Part shown: one piece after another, positions 1 through 8,877 of the stretch
How the letters are laid out: the number at the start of each line of letters is the position of its first letter
Position numbering within the stretch: the first letter of the stretch is position 1
From: an uncultured Candidatus Micrarchaeota archaeon
Lineage (GTDB): Archaea; Micrarchaeota; Micrarchaeia; Norongarragalinales; CAINOH01
Assembly: GCA_903851445.1 (NCBI GenBank)
Contig: CAINOH010000009.1
Span: 23,908-87,907 of the forward strand
Direction of reading: 5' to 3'
Length of the DNA stretch: 64,000 nucleotides
Made by a program: the position numbers and the translations under genes
Notes under the pieces: generated by a model
Told to the model about the DNA's origin: nothing
Databases searched by the model: none
What the model saw: only the letters and a program-made list of their open reading frames with translations

Positions 1-1126
1 CGGGCTTGCGGAGCTTGAGCGTTACGATGTTCTTCTTCTTGTCCGTGACAAAGCCGACGGTAGTGTTGGTGCCTACGCCAAGCACAAGCGGCTCGTCCTT
101 GCCAAGGCCGACTGGGAATATTTCCATCGTGCGGCCAAGCGGGGTAATCTTTATCTTTATCTCATCCATCAGAAGCGGGAGCTTTCCGGGAAGGCCTACT
201 GTGCAGCCCACAAGCGAGTCCGCTTTTGAGATTGCAGGGTCGACTTCAAGTCCCATTGCGATGAGCCCGCCGGGAATCGCTTCCTTAAGTTGCTCGGCGC
301 CGGCGTGGAGCGAGACTATCTTGGACTTTAGCCTGATGTAGCTGGTCTTTTCCTTCTTCTTTCGCGCAGGCCCGGGCAGGAGCTCAACCTGGTCGCCGAT
401 TTTGAATACGCCACGGATTACCGAGCCGCCAACTACGCCGCCATTCACTTCGGCAATCTTTGTGCCGGGCTTGTTCACGTCAAAACTACGCGCAACATAC
501 ATTATTGGCGAGTCTGACGGCTCGCGCTTCGGGGTCGGGATGTCCTTCTCAATCGCCTGTATTAGCGCGTCAAGGTTGATGCCCTGGTTCGCCACAACCG
601 GAATGATTTGCGAGCCCTCGTAAGACGAGCCCTTGAGGAACGCCTTGATTTCCTGGTAGTGCTCAAGGGCGCGTTCCTTGGTCACAAGGTCAATCTTGTT
701 CTGCACGATGACCACGTTCTTGATTCCTGCTGCCTCCAAAACGGCCAGGTGCTCAACGGTCTGGGGCATCGGGCACTTCTCCGTTGCAGCTATCAGGAAA
801 AGCGCGCCGTCGATGATTGAGCTTGCAGCGATGACCGTTGCCATCAATGTCTCGTGCCCCGGCGCGTCAACAAAAGAAATCTTCCTCATGCGCTCGGTCT
901 TTCGGTTGCACACCGGGCACTCCTGCTTCGTGGAAAAGCACTGGGGCGCGGAGCACTTGACACAGCGATAAAACGACGCGTCAGCGTAGCCGAGCTTTAT
1001 CGTGATTCCGCGCTTGAGCTCCTCGCTGTGCGTGTCCGTCCACTTTCCGGTAAGCGCCTGAACCAGGCTGGTCTTCCCGTGGTCGACGTGGCCTATGGTG
1101 CCTATGTTGATTTCAGCTTGAGCCAT
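1..1126 (-). CDS. eif2g: Translation initiation factor aIF2 gamma subunit (C-terminus runs off the window)
   Basis: Manual translation from ATG at 1126: MAQAEINIGTIGHVDHGKT...EELKRGITIKLGYAD, CxxC knuckle, DAPGHE, QNKID. Absent from the ORF track because it has no stop in the window. Confidence 0.96.
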   Translation of the reverse strand, partial: MAQAEINIGTIGHVDHGKTSLVQALTGKWTDTHSEELKRGITIKLGYADASFYRCVKCSAPQCFSTKQECPVCNRKTERMRKISFVDAPGHETLMATVIAASSIIDGALFLIAATEKCPMPQTVEHLAVLEAAGIKNVVIVQNKIDLVTKERALEHYQEIKAFLKGSSYEGSQIIPVVANQGINLDALIQAIEKDIPTPKREPSDSPIMYVARSFDVNKPGTKIAEVNGGVVGGSVIRGVFKIGDQVELLPGPARKKKEKTSYIRLKSKIVSLHAGAEQLKEAIPGGLIAMGLEVDPAISKADSLVGCTVGLPGKLPLLMDEIKIKITPLGRTMEIFPVGLGKDEPLVLGVGTNTTVGFVTDKKKNIVTLKLRKP

Positions 1127-1248
1127 TAGAAACAAATTATCGCTGTTTAAGGTTAAAATGGGAATGGGTGGTTTCCCGACGCATTTAACTTACCTTTCGT
1201 GCCAAAGCCATAATATGCAATCTGCCTATTTTACAGAGGTAATTTTCA

Positions 1249-2856
1249 ATGGCCGCGGATTATGATTCGGAAAAGAAAAGGAAGCTCGGCGAGCTTTGCA
1301 AAAAGGGAATCAACCCCTACCCGTACACTTTCGGTCGCACACACAAGGCAAGCCAGGTCAAGGACAACTACGATTCCCTTGAGGGCAAGGACGTCTCCGT
1401 TGCGGGACGCATAATGCAGATGCGCTCCTTTGGAAAGCTCGTGTTCGCAACCCTTGACGACGTCTCGGGCCGCATCCAGGTCTACGCAAGCGAAGCCGAC
1501 GTGGGCCCCGAAGTACTCAAGTCCTTTGAAACCGCGGACCTTGGTGACATCATTGGCGCAACCGGGAAGGTCACAAAGACAAAGAAAGGCGAGGTTTCGG
1601 TCGCAATAAAGAAGTGGGAGATGCTTGCAAAATCACTGCGCACGCTCCCTGAGAAGTTCCACGGCCTGGAGGACACCGAGATTCGCTACCGGAAGCGCTA
1701 CTTGGACCTTCTCATGAACCCCGAGTCGCGGAAGATTGCAATCACACGCTCGCGGATGGTCAGCGCGATGCGCGAGTATTTCGACAGGAACGAGTTCTTC
1801 GAGGTCGAGACGCCCGTCTTGCAGCCGCTTTACGGCGGCGCAGCGGCGCGTCCGTTCATCACGCACCACAATGCGCTTGACACGGACCTGTACCTGCGCA
1901 TCGCAAACGAGCTTTACCTCAAGAGGCTCATAGTCGGCGGGCTTGAGCGAGTCTACGAGTTCTCCAAGGACTTCCGCAACGAGGACATCGACTCGACCCA
2001 CAACCCGGAGTTCACGCAGGTGGAATTCTATTCCGCATACTGGGACTACAACAACTGTATGCGGTTTACCGAAGGCATACTTGGCCACGTGGTCCAGAAA
2101 ATCCATGGAACAAAAAAAATACAGTTCCGCGGGAAGGAAATCAGCTTCGAAGCGCCGTTCAAGGTAGTTTCGCTGGTTGGTGCAATTAAGGAAAAGTCCG
2201 GCGAGGACGTGCTTTCCTGGACTACTGATAAGCAGGCAGTTGATGCTGCAAAGAAGCACGGCCTGGAGTGCAAGATACCAAACAGGGCGCACGTGATTGA
2301 CGCGCTCTTTGACAAGTACGTCCAGCCCGAACTGGTACAGCCGACCTTCCTCATCGATTTCCCGGGCTTCATGTGCCCGCTTGCGAAGAAAAAGCGAGGC
2401 GACGAACGCCTCGCGGAGCGCTTCGAGCTGTTCATCGGCGGAGGTGAGTGCGGAAACTCCTACTCGGAAATCAACGACCCGGTCTTCCAGAGGCAGAAGC
2501 TCGAGGAACAAGCAAGGGAACTTGCGGGCGGGGACGAGGAGGCGATGCCCCTTGACGAGGACTTCCTCGAATCGATGGAGTACGGGATGCCGCCGACCGG
2601 CGGGATGGGAATCGGCATCGACCGGCTGGCAATAATCCTTACTGACTCAGCCTCAATCAAGGAGGTCATACTCTTCCCGAGCATGAGGCCGCTTGACTCT
2701 GAAAGGACGGCAAAGGAAAAAGCCACCCCAAAGGCTGTTGCGGAACAAAAACAAAGGGAAAAGGAAAAAACAAAGGCAACGGGTTCAAAAAAGCCCGAAA
2801 GAAAGTCAAAGACACCCAGGTTTGCCGAGGAGTTGGGTGAGATGCCGTCGATTTGA
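1249..2856 (+). CDS. lysS: Lysyl-tRNA synthetase, class II
   Basis: OB-fold anticodon domain, YRKRYLDL, GGAAARPF, FRNEDIDSTHNPEF, YGMPPTGGMGIGIDRL; Lys-rich C-terminal tail. Confidence 0.96.
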   Translation: MAADYDSEKKRKLGELCKKGINPYPYTFGRTHKASQVKDNYDSLEGKDVSVAGRIMQMRSFGKLVFATLDDVSGRIQVYASEADVGPEVLKSFETADLGDIIGATGKVTKTKKGEVSVAIKKWEMLAKSLRTLPEKFHGLEDTEIRYRKRYLDLLMNPESRKIAITRSRMVSAMREYFDRNEFFEVETPVLQPLYGGAAARPFITHHNALDTDLYLRIANELYLKRLIVGGLERVYEFSKDFRNEDIDSTHNPEFTQVEFYSAYWDYNNCMRFTEGILGHVVQKIHGTKKIQFRGKEISFEAPFKVVSLVGAIKEKSGEDVLSWTTDKQAVDAAKKHGLECKIPNRAHVIDALFDKYVQPELVQPTFLIDFPGFMCPLAKKKRGDERLAERFELFIGGGECGNSYSEINDPVFQRQKLEEQARELAGGDEEAMPLDEDFLESMEYGMPPTGGMGIGIDRLAIILTDSASIKEVILFPSMRPLDSERTAKEKATPKAVAEQKQREKEKTKATGSKKPERKSKTPRFAEELGEMPSI

Positions 2857-2878
2857 GCGGTAACTGATTCTTTCTTTT

Positions 2879-3418
2879 TTACTTGGACTGCTTCGAAAGT
2901 TTGGAGTCCAAGTACCCCATCGCCTGGTATCCCGCATCAAACCCGACTACTGCAAAAGCGTATGCCGGTTCGGAAAGCAGGACGGATATTGCGATTGCGG
3001 TCACGTCCAGTATTACGCGGTAGGACAGGAATTTGCGCAGGGCCTTGTCCTTGATTTTTCTAATCTCGGCTCGGTCCGAGAGAAGTTCGTCCATATACGC
3101 TGCAAGTGCAAGCGCGAACAACGGAAGCGCGTAAGGCATCTTCGGCCCGATTGCAATTGATGCCAGGACGAATGCGAGCATCCCCGCATAGTGTATCGGG
3201 TGGTCCTCCTTTCCCGCAAGCACTACAGCGATTATCACCGCAAGAACTGCGGTTGCGAGCACCGGGCTTTGCGTGAAAAGAACCGCGCCGACAAGGCCGT
3301 AGCCAACGCCCGCGAGGTACCCGTAAACGCTGTGGCGCGAGAGCCGCTTGTCGTCGGCAATGTCGTCAGCGAGCTTGACCAGGCAGCCGCAAAGGATGCA
3401 AAGGAGGTATTCGAGCAC
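2879..3418 (-). CDS. Hypothetical multi-pass membrane protein
   Basis: About 6 hydrophobic segments, KLADDIADD motif, GTG start, co-oriented directly after dys. Confidence 0.75.
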   Translation of the reverse strand: MLEYLLCILCGCLVKLADDIADDKRLSRHSVYGYLAGVGYGLVGAVLFTQSPVLATAVLAVIIAVVLAGKEDHPIHYAGMLAFVLASIAIGPKMPYALPLFALALAAYMDELLSDRAEIRKIKDKALRKFLSYRVILDVTAIAISVLLSEPAYAFAVVGFDAGYQAMGYLDSKLSKQSK

Positions 3419-3432
3419 GTCGGGTCACCAAG

Positions 3433-4395
3433 TCAAAGGAACGGAGAAACAATTATCGGGAATAGCACGGTCGCGTCTCCCTCCACGTAAGCTGATTTCG
3501 CCTTGCCGCTGATTTTCCCCCACGACACGGCCTCGTTGGTGCGCGCGCCGGTCATCGAGCCGTCGTACTGCGTGCCGGTTGAGACGTACACCGCGTAGTC
3601 GAGCCCTCCGCGCATTATGTTGAGGCCGATGGTGTGGTGCTTTGCAAAGCCGCCGCCGAGTATGATTGCGCCTGTTTTCTTCGCAAATCCGACTTCGGTG
3701 CCTATGGCGCGCATGTCGCCTGCAGCGTCAACCACCAGGTCGTAGTCCTGGCGGAAGAACGCAAGGTGCATCCCCATTGCGCCGTCGGTTGGCGCGGGAA
3801 GGACGACCTTGATGTTGTTCCTGTAGGCCCAGTAGACCCACGAGCGTTCAAGCGCCTTCTGGCCCTTGAATTTCTCGGAGATGAACTTTCCGTAATCGTA
3901 AACCAGTTCGGACGGGGACACGACCGCGCGGTATTTCCCGTTCGGCCGCCTCTCCTTTTTACGCTCGAACAGCATCGAATAGAACTCCGTGTCCAGCTTT
4001 TCAAGCATCACGTAGCGGTCGTTGGGCACGAGCACGTTGCCGATGCGGTTGACGCCCTTGTTGTGCAACGCCTTGTCGTCCTCGTTGAACGTCCCAAGCA
4101 GGAAGGGCTTGCTTATTTTCATCACGTCCTCCTCAACCGAGCCCACTCCGGTTACCACGACGTCGCAGAACTTGCGGCGGCAGAGCTCGGCGAAGAGCTC
4201 GCGCAAACCGCCAGAGACCATGTTTGAGGTAAAGGCAAGGAAAGTGTATGCTTTGTCCTTCTTCATCGCCCTGACCACGTCAACGGCGCGGCCAAGCTCG
4301 GAAGCCTGGAAGCCGCCGGACTTGAGCATGCTTGCGTATTCCGAAAGCGTGGTCTTGGAAGTGACATCCAAACCCTCGACGTTTTTTGCTGCCAT
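3433..4395 (-). CDS. dys: Deoxyhypusine synthase
   Basis: GFQAS, TSNMVSGGLRE, NRIGNVLVPND, GGGFAKHH, DGSMTGA, EAVSWGK (catalytic Lys), GDAT; ATG start placed at 4395. Confidence 0.95.
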   Translation of the reverse strand: MAAKNVEGLDVTSKTTLSEYASMLKSGGFQASELGRAVDVVRAMKKDKAYTFLAFTSNMVSGGLRELFAELCRRKFCDVVVTGVGSVEEDVMKISKPFLLGTFNEDDKALHNKGVNRIGNVLVPNDRYVMLEKLDTEFYSMLFERKKERRPNGKYRAVVSPSELVYDYGKFISEKFKGQKALERSWVYWAYRNNIKVVLPAPTDGAMGMHLAFFRQDYDLVVDAAGDMRAIGTEVGFAKKTGAIILGGGFAKHHTIGLNIMRGGLDYAVYVSTGTQYDGSMTGARTNEAVSWGKISGKAKSAYVEGDATVLFPIIVSPFL

Positions 4396-4466
4396 GAAAG
4401 TCAACTCGCCTTAGTCAACAGATAATTGCCAGTATATTATTTTGCCCTGCCCGGGCTTTTATCACT

Positions 4467-5633
4467 TTACGGCTGGCTCCATTCTATCTCGTAGTACTCG
4501 AACTTGCTGCTAGGGAGCGCGATGCGCTTCACGAGGTAGTGCGTGATGGAAGTCTCGCGGTCGCAGATTGCAAGCATCAGGTCCAGGCCGTACTTCTTGG
4601 ATGTCTCGATTGCCTTTGCAAGCTCCTGGCCGCCGATTTCCTCTTCTTCGGAAAGCGCGAGCATCGCAAAGCGCGGCCCGGCGTTCTTGGGAGTCTCGAT
4701 GCCATCCTTTGCACGGTGGTATAAGATGTAGTCTATTTCCGATGGAACCTCGCGCTTGGTTCCCGGGATTGCAAGGATGAATGTCTTCTTCACCCCGTGG
4801 GCAACGCGGATTGCGCGGCTCCACTCCGAGATGAGCATCTTGCTCTCGCGGGGAAAGACGTGGATGACGTGCTTTGAGTGCATCCAGTCGTCGTTGGAAA
4901 GCGCAGGCGACGCGCCGGGAAGGTAGAGCCGGAAGTGCGTGCCGAACTTGAACCCAGTCTTGAGCACGCAGCCCCTAAGCCGCCAGTCCTCGTACACTTC
5001 GTAAAGCGCGAGGAAATCTGACCTGCGCTTGGTGGCCTCCTCAATGAGCCGCTTTTCGCCCACGTTGAGCAAAAACCCGCAGTGCCGCATCAGAAACAGG
5101 GTCTCGTAAGCATCAAGCTTGAGAAACCGGCCGTGCTTTCGCGCCTTGTAGGTGCCGAGCTGACCGAACCATCCATTGTCGTAAAGCTGGGCGCCGACAG
5201 CGTCGTCGTCTATCACAGTCATCAGGTCGTCGTAGAAGAACAGCCCCTTTGCCGCAATCCCAAACGGCTTGAATTCCCCTGAAGGGTACTTCTTGACCGG
5301 GTTGCGGCCGTAGTTCTTCTTGGCCTCGCCAAACTCGCGCGCTATGAGCCCTCGGTCGCGCCAGTCCTTGTAGCAGAAGTAGCGCGCGAGGAACTTTCTC
5401 GAGCGGTCGGCCTTTTTCGCAATGTCATTGAAGGACAGCAGCTTGCCTGAAGGCCCCTTGCACTCGGCGTTGCGCACGTCCAATAGGTAAAGCGCCTCCT
5501 CTGCCGAAAGCTCGAGCTCGAACTTTCCCTTCTCCTTTTTCTCAACGCCGTAGAAGCTGCGGTCCAAAGCCTGGACTGACACCAGGTCGCGGACAACTGC
5601 CGACTCGCCGTTGAATTCAAAAACGACTCCCAT
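4467..5633 (-). CDS. endA: tRNA-intron endonuclease, three-unit epsilon (ARMAN-type)
   Basis: 388 aa; LSAEEALYL unit, KTGFKFGTHFRLY, HSKHVIH, RVAHGVKKTFILA, DRETSITHY; GQLGTYK loop resembling the ARMAN-specific loop. Confidence 0.9.
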   Translation of the reverse strand: MGVVFEFNGESAVVRDLVSVQALDRSFYGVEKKEKGKFELELSAEEALYLLDVRNAECKGPSGKLLSFNDIAKKADRSRKFLARYFCYKDWRDRGLIAREFGEAKKNYGRNPVKKYPSGEFKPFGIAAKGLFFYDDLMTVIDDDAVGAQLYDNGWFGQLGTYKARKHGRFLKLDAYETLFLMRHCGFLLNVGEKRLIEEATKRRSDFLALYEVYEDWRLRGCVLKTGFKFGTHFRLYLPGASPALSNDDWMHSKHVIHVFPRESKMLISEWSRAIRVAHGVKKTFILAIPGTKREVPSEIDYILYHRAKDGIETPKNAGPRFAMLALSEEEEIGGQELAKAIETSKKYGLDLMLAICDRETSITHYLVKRIALPSSKFEYYEIEWSQP

Positions 5634-5700
5634 TGCAAACTACCCAAGCGCAGGTGGCTTGTGACACGTTTATATCCTTCAGGATTTTTCCTTAGTATGT

Positions 5701-6141
5701 ATGCACGCGCATAAATTAAACAGGTGCCGCGGCCAGGTCTCGCTCGAGTACGTGGTGGTAGTCGGCTTGGTCCTTGCCGCCTGCGTGCCGGTATGGCTCC
5801 TTGCGCAGGACCGGATTTCGTCCGCGCAGACCGAGCTTGACGCGGCAACTGCACAGGCTTCTGTTGACTCGCTGGTCAAGGCAGCAGACTGGGCGGCGCT
5901 TTCAGGCTATCCTGCGAGGCGCACTGTTGACATAGAACTTCCGCATTCTATCGAGGCCGCGCTTGTCGAAGGACGCGAGGTGCGGATTATTTTCCGCGGC
6001 TCTTCAGGACTGACTGAAGCCTACGGAGTTTCCGAGGCCAACCTCACGGGCGCCATCCCGACCGGCGGCTTGAAGGCAAAGCTCGTCGTGGCTGCAAGCG
6101 AGTCCCAACCGGGAAACGTCACCATTGGGCTGGTGGGCTGA
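5701..6141 (+). CDS. Minor pilin, class III signal peptide (cassette 1, gene 1)
   Basis: RG|QVSLEY followed by a hydrophobic helix. Confidence 0.85.
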   Translation: MHAHKLNRCRGQVSLEYVVVVGLVLAACVPVWLLAQDRISSAQTELDAATAQASVDSLVKAADWAALSGYPARRTVDIELPHSIEAALVEGREVRIIFRGSSGLTEAYGVSEANLTGAIPTGGLKAKLVVAASESQPGNVTIGLVG

Positions 6142-6143
6142 AG

Positions 6144-6539
6144 ATGCGGCGCGGCCAGGTAGCCTTGGAGTTTGTCGCGGCCTGCATGCTGCTCATACTA
6201 GTTTGGACGGCATTCTCGATGCTTTCGAGCGAGTGGAACCGCCGCACCTACGCGGTCGCGGCATCATCGGATGCGCAGGCCCTGCTTGAAAAAATCTATG
6301 GCGAGGCTGTTGACGCAAAGGCTGCCGGTGCGGGATACTCGCATTCGTTTGAAGTGCCTGCGGCGCTTGCAGGCAACGCCGACTATTCCATCGAGCTTTA
6401 CCCGCCATACTCGACGATACAAATCACGTTCAAGGACTCAAGCGCATCGGCAGTGCTCCCGTTCAGCTCGTTCGGGGGGAGCGTGGGCTGCTGCACAGTA
6501 AAAGTGACCAATGACAATGGAAACGTCGTGTTCTCATAG
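6144..6539 (+). CDS. Minor pilin (cassette 1, gene 2)
   Basis: MRRG|QVALEF followed by a hydrophobic helix. Confidence 0.85.
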   Translation: MRRGQVALEFVAACMLLILVWTAFSMLSSEWNRRTYAVAASSDAQALLEKIYGEAVDAKAAGAGYSHSFEVPAALAGNADYSIELYPPYSTIQITFKDSSASAVLPFSSFGGSVGCCTVKVTNDNGNVVFS

Positions 6540-7086
6540 GCGCAGGGGCCAGGTGCTGAGCGCGGAAATCGTGCTCGCCACATTCGTGTTCGTGCTGGCT
6601 GTTGCCATCATCAACCACGCATACTCGCGCACGCTTGAGGGCGCGCTTTCTGCCACTCTCGGCCAGGGCGACGTGCGCGCCTATTCAATCCTGCTCCTGG
6701 ACAGCCAGGGTGCACAGCCCGACTGGGACTATGCAAGCCACGATGCCAGGCCCATTACTTTGTCTTCCAACGGCTCAATCAACATCACAAAAGCTGCGTA
6801 CCTTGTCGCGCTGCTTGCTGACAATGAGAGCGCCACGCTCTCGGCGCTCTCTGCCGGGCCGTACAAGATAGGCATAAAGGTGACCGGACAGGACGGAAAA
6901 CCAATAGTTGCGCCGTGCCCGGGGTGCAGCTGCGGCGGAAAGTGCACGGTCACGCTTGAACATTACCCTTCCACGGATTCAAACAACATATTCACAATAG
7001 ACGGCCCCTATAGGCTGGTTAACTCGGACGGCTCCGGCGCAGGCGTTGCAGAGGTCCGGCTGCTGTTCTACAGGACGTACGACTGA
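6511..7086 (+). CDS. Minor pilin (cassette 1, gene 3)
   Basis: RRRG|QVLSAEIVLA; exact start uncertain (6511 or 6517). Confidence 0.8.
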   Translation: MTMETSCSHRRRGQVLSAEIVLATFVFVLAVAIINHAYSRTLEGALSATLGQGDVRAYSILLLDSQGAQPDWDYASHDARPITLSSNGSINITKAAYLVALLADNESATLSALSAGPYKIGIKVTGQDGKPIVAPCPGCSCGGKCTVTLEHYPSTDSNNIFTIDGPYRLVNSDGSGAGVAEVRLLFYRTYD

Positions 7087-7100
7087 AGGTTGATGATGCT

Positions 7101-7649
7101 TTGGAAAAAGGAAACGGGCGCCGCGGGATTGCTTTTGCAATAGACTCGCTGTTCGCAATTGCGGTCATAGCGGCATTTGCAATCTCCGTTGTGCCGGCGT
7201 ATTCGGCATTCGCTACAGCAGGCGACGCGGCTCCGGACGCGCTTTCAAGGCTGTCCTCTGCAACGCTCCGCTCGATGTGCCTGGCTACTGCAAGCGAGCT
7301 TTCGGCATCCTCTGCGCAAATCACCGGGTTATATTCAGACGGCAACCTCACTGCGAACGATTCGGAAATGACTGCGTGCCAGCTCATTGCACGGCAATCT
7401 GTTGGAAACAATGAATCAATCGCAAGGGCGCGCAACATAACAGCGGAAATCTACGGTCCCCTCATCCCGGCCGCCGTTGGGATGGCGGTCTATGCGAACG
7501 GCACGCTAGTCTACAACTCCACTTCCCAGCCGCAGTCTCCCCTGGCGCTGCACTCGTCCAAGGCGTTCGTCTACACTTACGGAAAGACGGGGGCCGCAAA
7601 AGAGCCCATCGGGCCTGTTGAAATCGAGGTGAGGGCGTGGTGGCCATGA
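7101..7649 (+). CDS. Minor pilin (cassette 1, gene 4)
   Basis: RRG|IAFAIDSLFA followed by a hydrophobic helix; TTG start. Confidence 0.75.
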   Translation: MEKGNGRRGIAFAIDSLFAIAVIAAFAISVVPAYSAFATAGDAAPDALSRLSSATLRSMCLATASELSASSAQITGLYSDGNLTANDSEMTACQLIARQSVGNNESIARARNITAEIYGPLIPAAVGMAVYANGTLVYNSTSQPQSPLALHSSKAFVYTYGKTGAAKEPIGPVEIEVRAWWP

Positions 7650-8197
7650 GACGGGGTTTTGCCTACTCGCTTGCCGCGCTTGCCCTCGCGCTGGCTGTTG
7701 CGCAGGCTGCGATAATATTCTCGTCAGCATCAGCAGGCGCTGCTTACGGCCGCGTCTCGCAAAAGGATGCCGTGGAGTTCGCCGCGTTCTCCGAGGGCGT
7801 GGCCGGGATGCGGTCCGGCCTGCTCCTAAGCTGCAGCCTTGCTGCGGCTGCTGCCAAGGAATACGAGGAGTCCACCAACAAGTCATTTGTGAACAAGTCG
7901 TGCGTGCTCTCTTTCCTTGCAAGGAACGGCAACGTGACCAGCGGGAACTGCCCTGGCGAGTCGTTTGCGCTGCTTGAGACTTCGAACGGGCAGTATTCGC
8001 TCCTGGCCTGGTCCCTTGGCAACGGCCTAAGGAAGACGGGAACAATCGACGTTTCGGACGAGCTGCTGTCGGTCTACGCGACTGCCAATGAGACGCACAC
8101 TACTTGCTCCGCAACGGCATCGGTCACGGTTGCGACGATTGACAATCACACTTCGATTACGCGCACATGCGTTGCGGCAAGAACAGTCGCAAACTAA
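7646..8197 (+). CDS. Minor pilin-like protein (cassette 1, gene 5)
   Basis: MRRG|FAYSLAALAL; ATGA overlap with the previous gene. Confidence 0.72.
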   Translation: MRRGFAYSLAALALALAVAQAAIIFSSASAGAAYGRVSQKDAVEFAAFSEGVAGMRSGLLLSCSLAAAAAKEYEESTNKSFVNKSCVLSFLARNGNVTSGNCPGESFALLETSNGQYSLLAWSLGNGLRKTGTIDVSDELLSVYATANETHTTCSATASVTVATIDNHTSITRTCVAARTVAN

Positions 8198-8198
8198 T

Positions 8199-8226
8199 AG
8201 CCCGTTTGACAGGCGGGCTTTTATTT
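8199..8226 (+). terminator. Hairpin plus T-tract after minor-pilin cassette 1
   Basis: AGCCCG...CGGGCT followed by TTTATTT. Confidence 0.5.
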
Positions 8227-8304
8227 GGCGCGTCATTAATAGTGCCATGCGGCGTTGAAGGCAAAAGCCGCGCAAAACGCTTTGGGCAAGAGGGAAGAGG
8301 GATT

Positions 8305-8877
8305 TTGGCTGAATCTGTGACTGAGGACTCCTCCGAAAAGGCCATCGAGACAGTGGTGGACCGGCTCTACGACCTTGTCAAGGCAAGGAAGGCAATATCG
8401 GTCAGGGAAGTGTCCAAGGCGCTCTCACTCCCAGAACCCCAGACTGAGAAGCTTGCCAGGCTGCTTGAATCGTCAAAGCTCGTGCAGGTAAACTACAGCC
8501 TCTCCGACATAATCATCACAACAGTCGATGAAGCCAAGGCTGCCCCGGCAGCTTTCGCCGCAAGCAATTCCGACTCGGCCGAACGCGAAATACTGACCGC
8601 CTGCGAAGACGTTGCAAGGGCAAAAACCCTCCTTGAATTTTCCAAGCGCCAGACCGAACAGGTTTCAAGGAAGCTTGCACAGGCCGCATCACAGCAGGCG
8701 GCAAGCATCAAGGCAAAGGACGTGAGCCCGGCCTTGAGAAAGCGTCTTGAAAGCCTCGAGTCAGACGCCGCCGAGGCCAAAGGGTATGCAAACGCCGCAC
8801 TTGTGGCGGCAACGGTACTCGAGGAGGCCAGCCAGAAGCTTTCGCAGGCCGCAACACGCAAGGGTGCAAGGCAATGA
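8305..8877 (+). CDS. Winged-helix plus coiled-coil protein coupled to the pilus ATPase
   Basis: VDRLYDLVKARKAISVREVSKAL...KLARLLESSKLVQVNY then an Ala/Gln-rich helix; TTG start inferred after a purine-rich RBS; ATGA overlap with the ATPase. Confidence 0.7.
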   Translation: MAESVTEDSSEKAIETVVDRLYDLVKARKAISVREVSKALSLPEPQTEKLARLLESSKLVQVNYSLSDIIITTVDEAKAAPAAFAASNSDSAEREILTACEDVARAKTLLEFSKRQTEQVSRKLAQAASQQAASIKAKDVSPALRKRLESLESDAAEAKGYANAALVAATVLEEASQKLSQAATRKGARQ

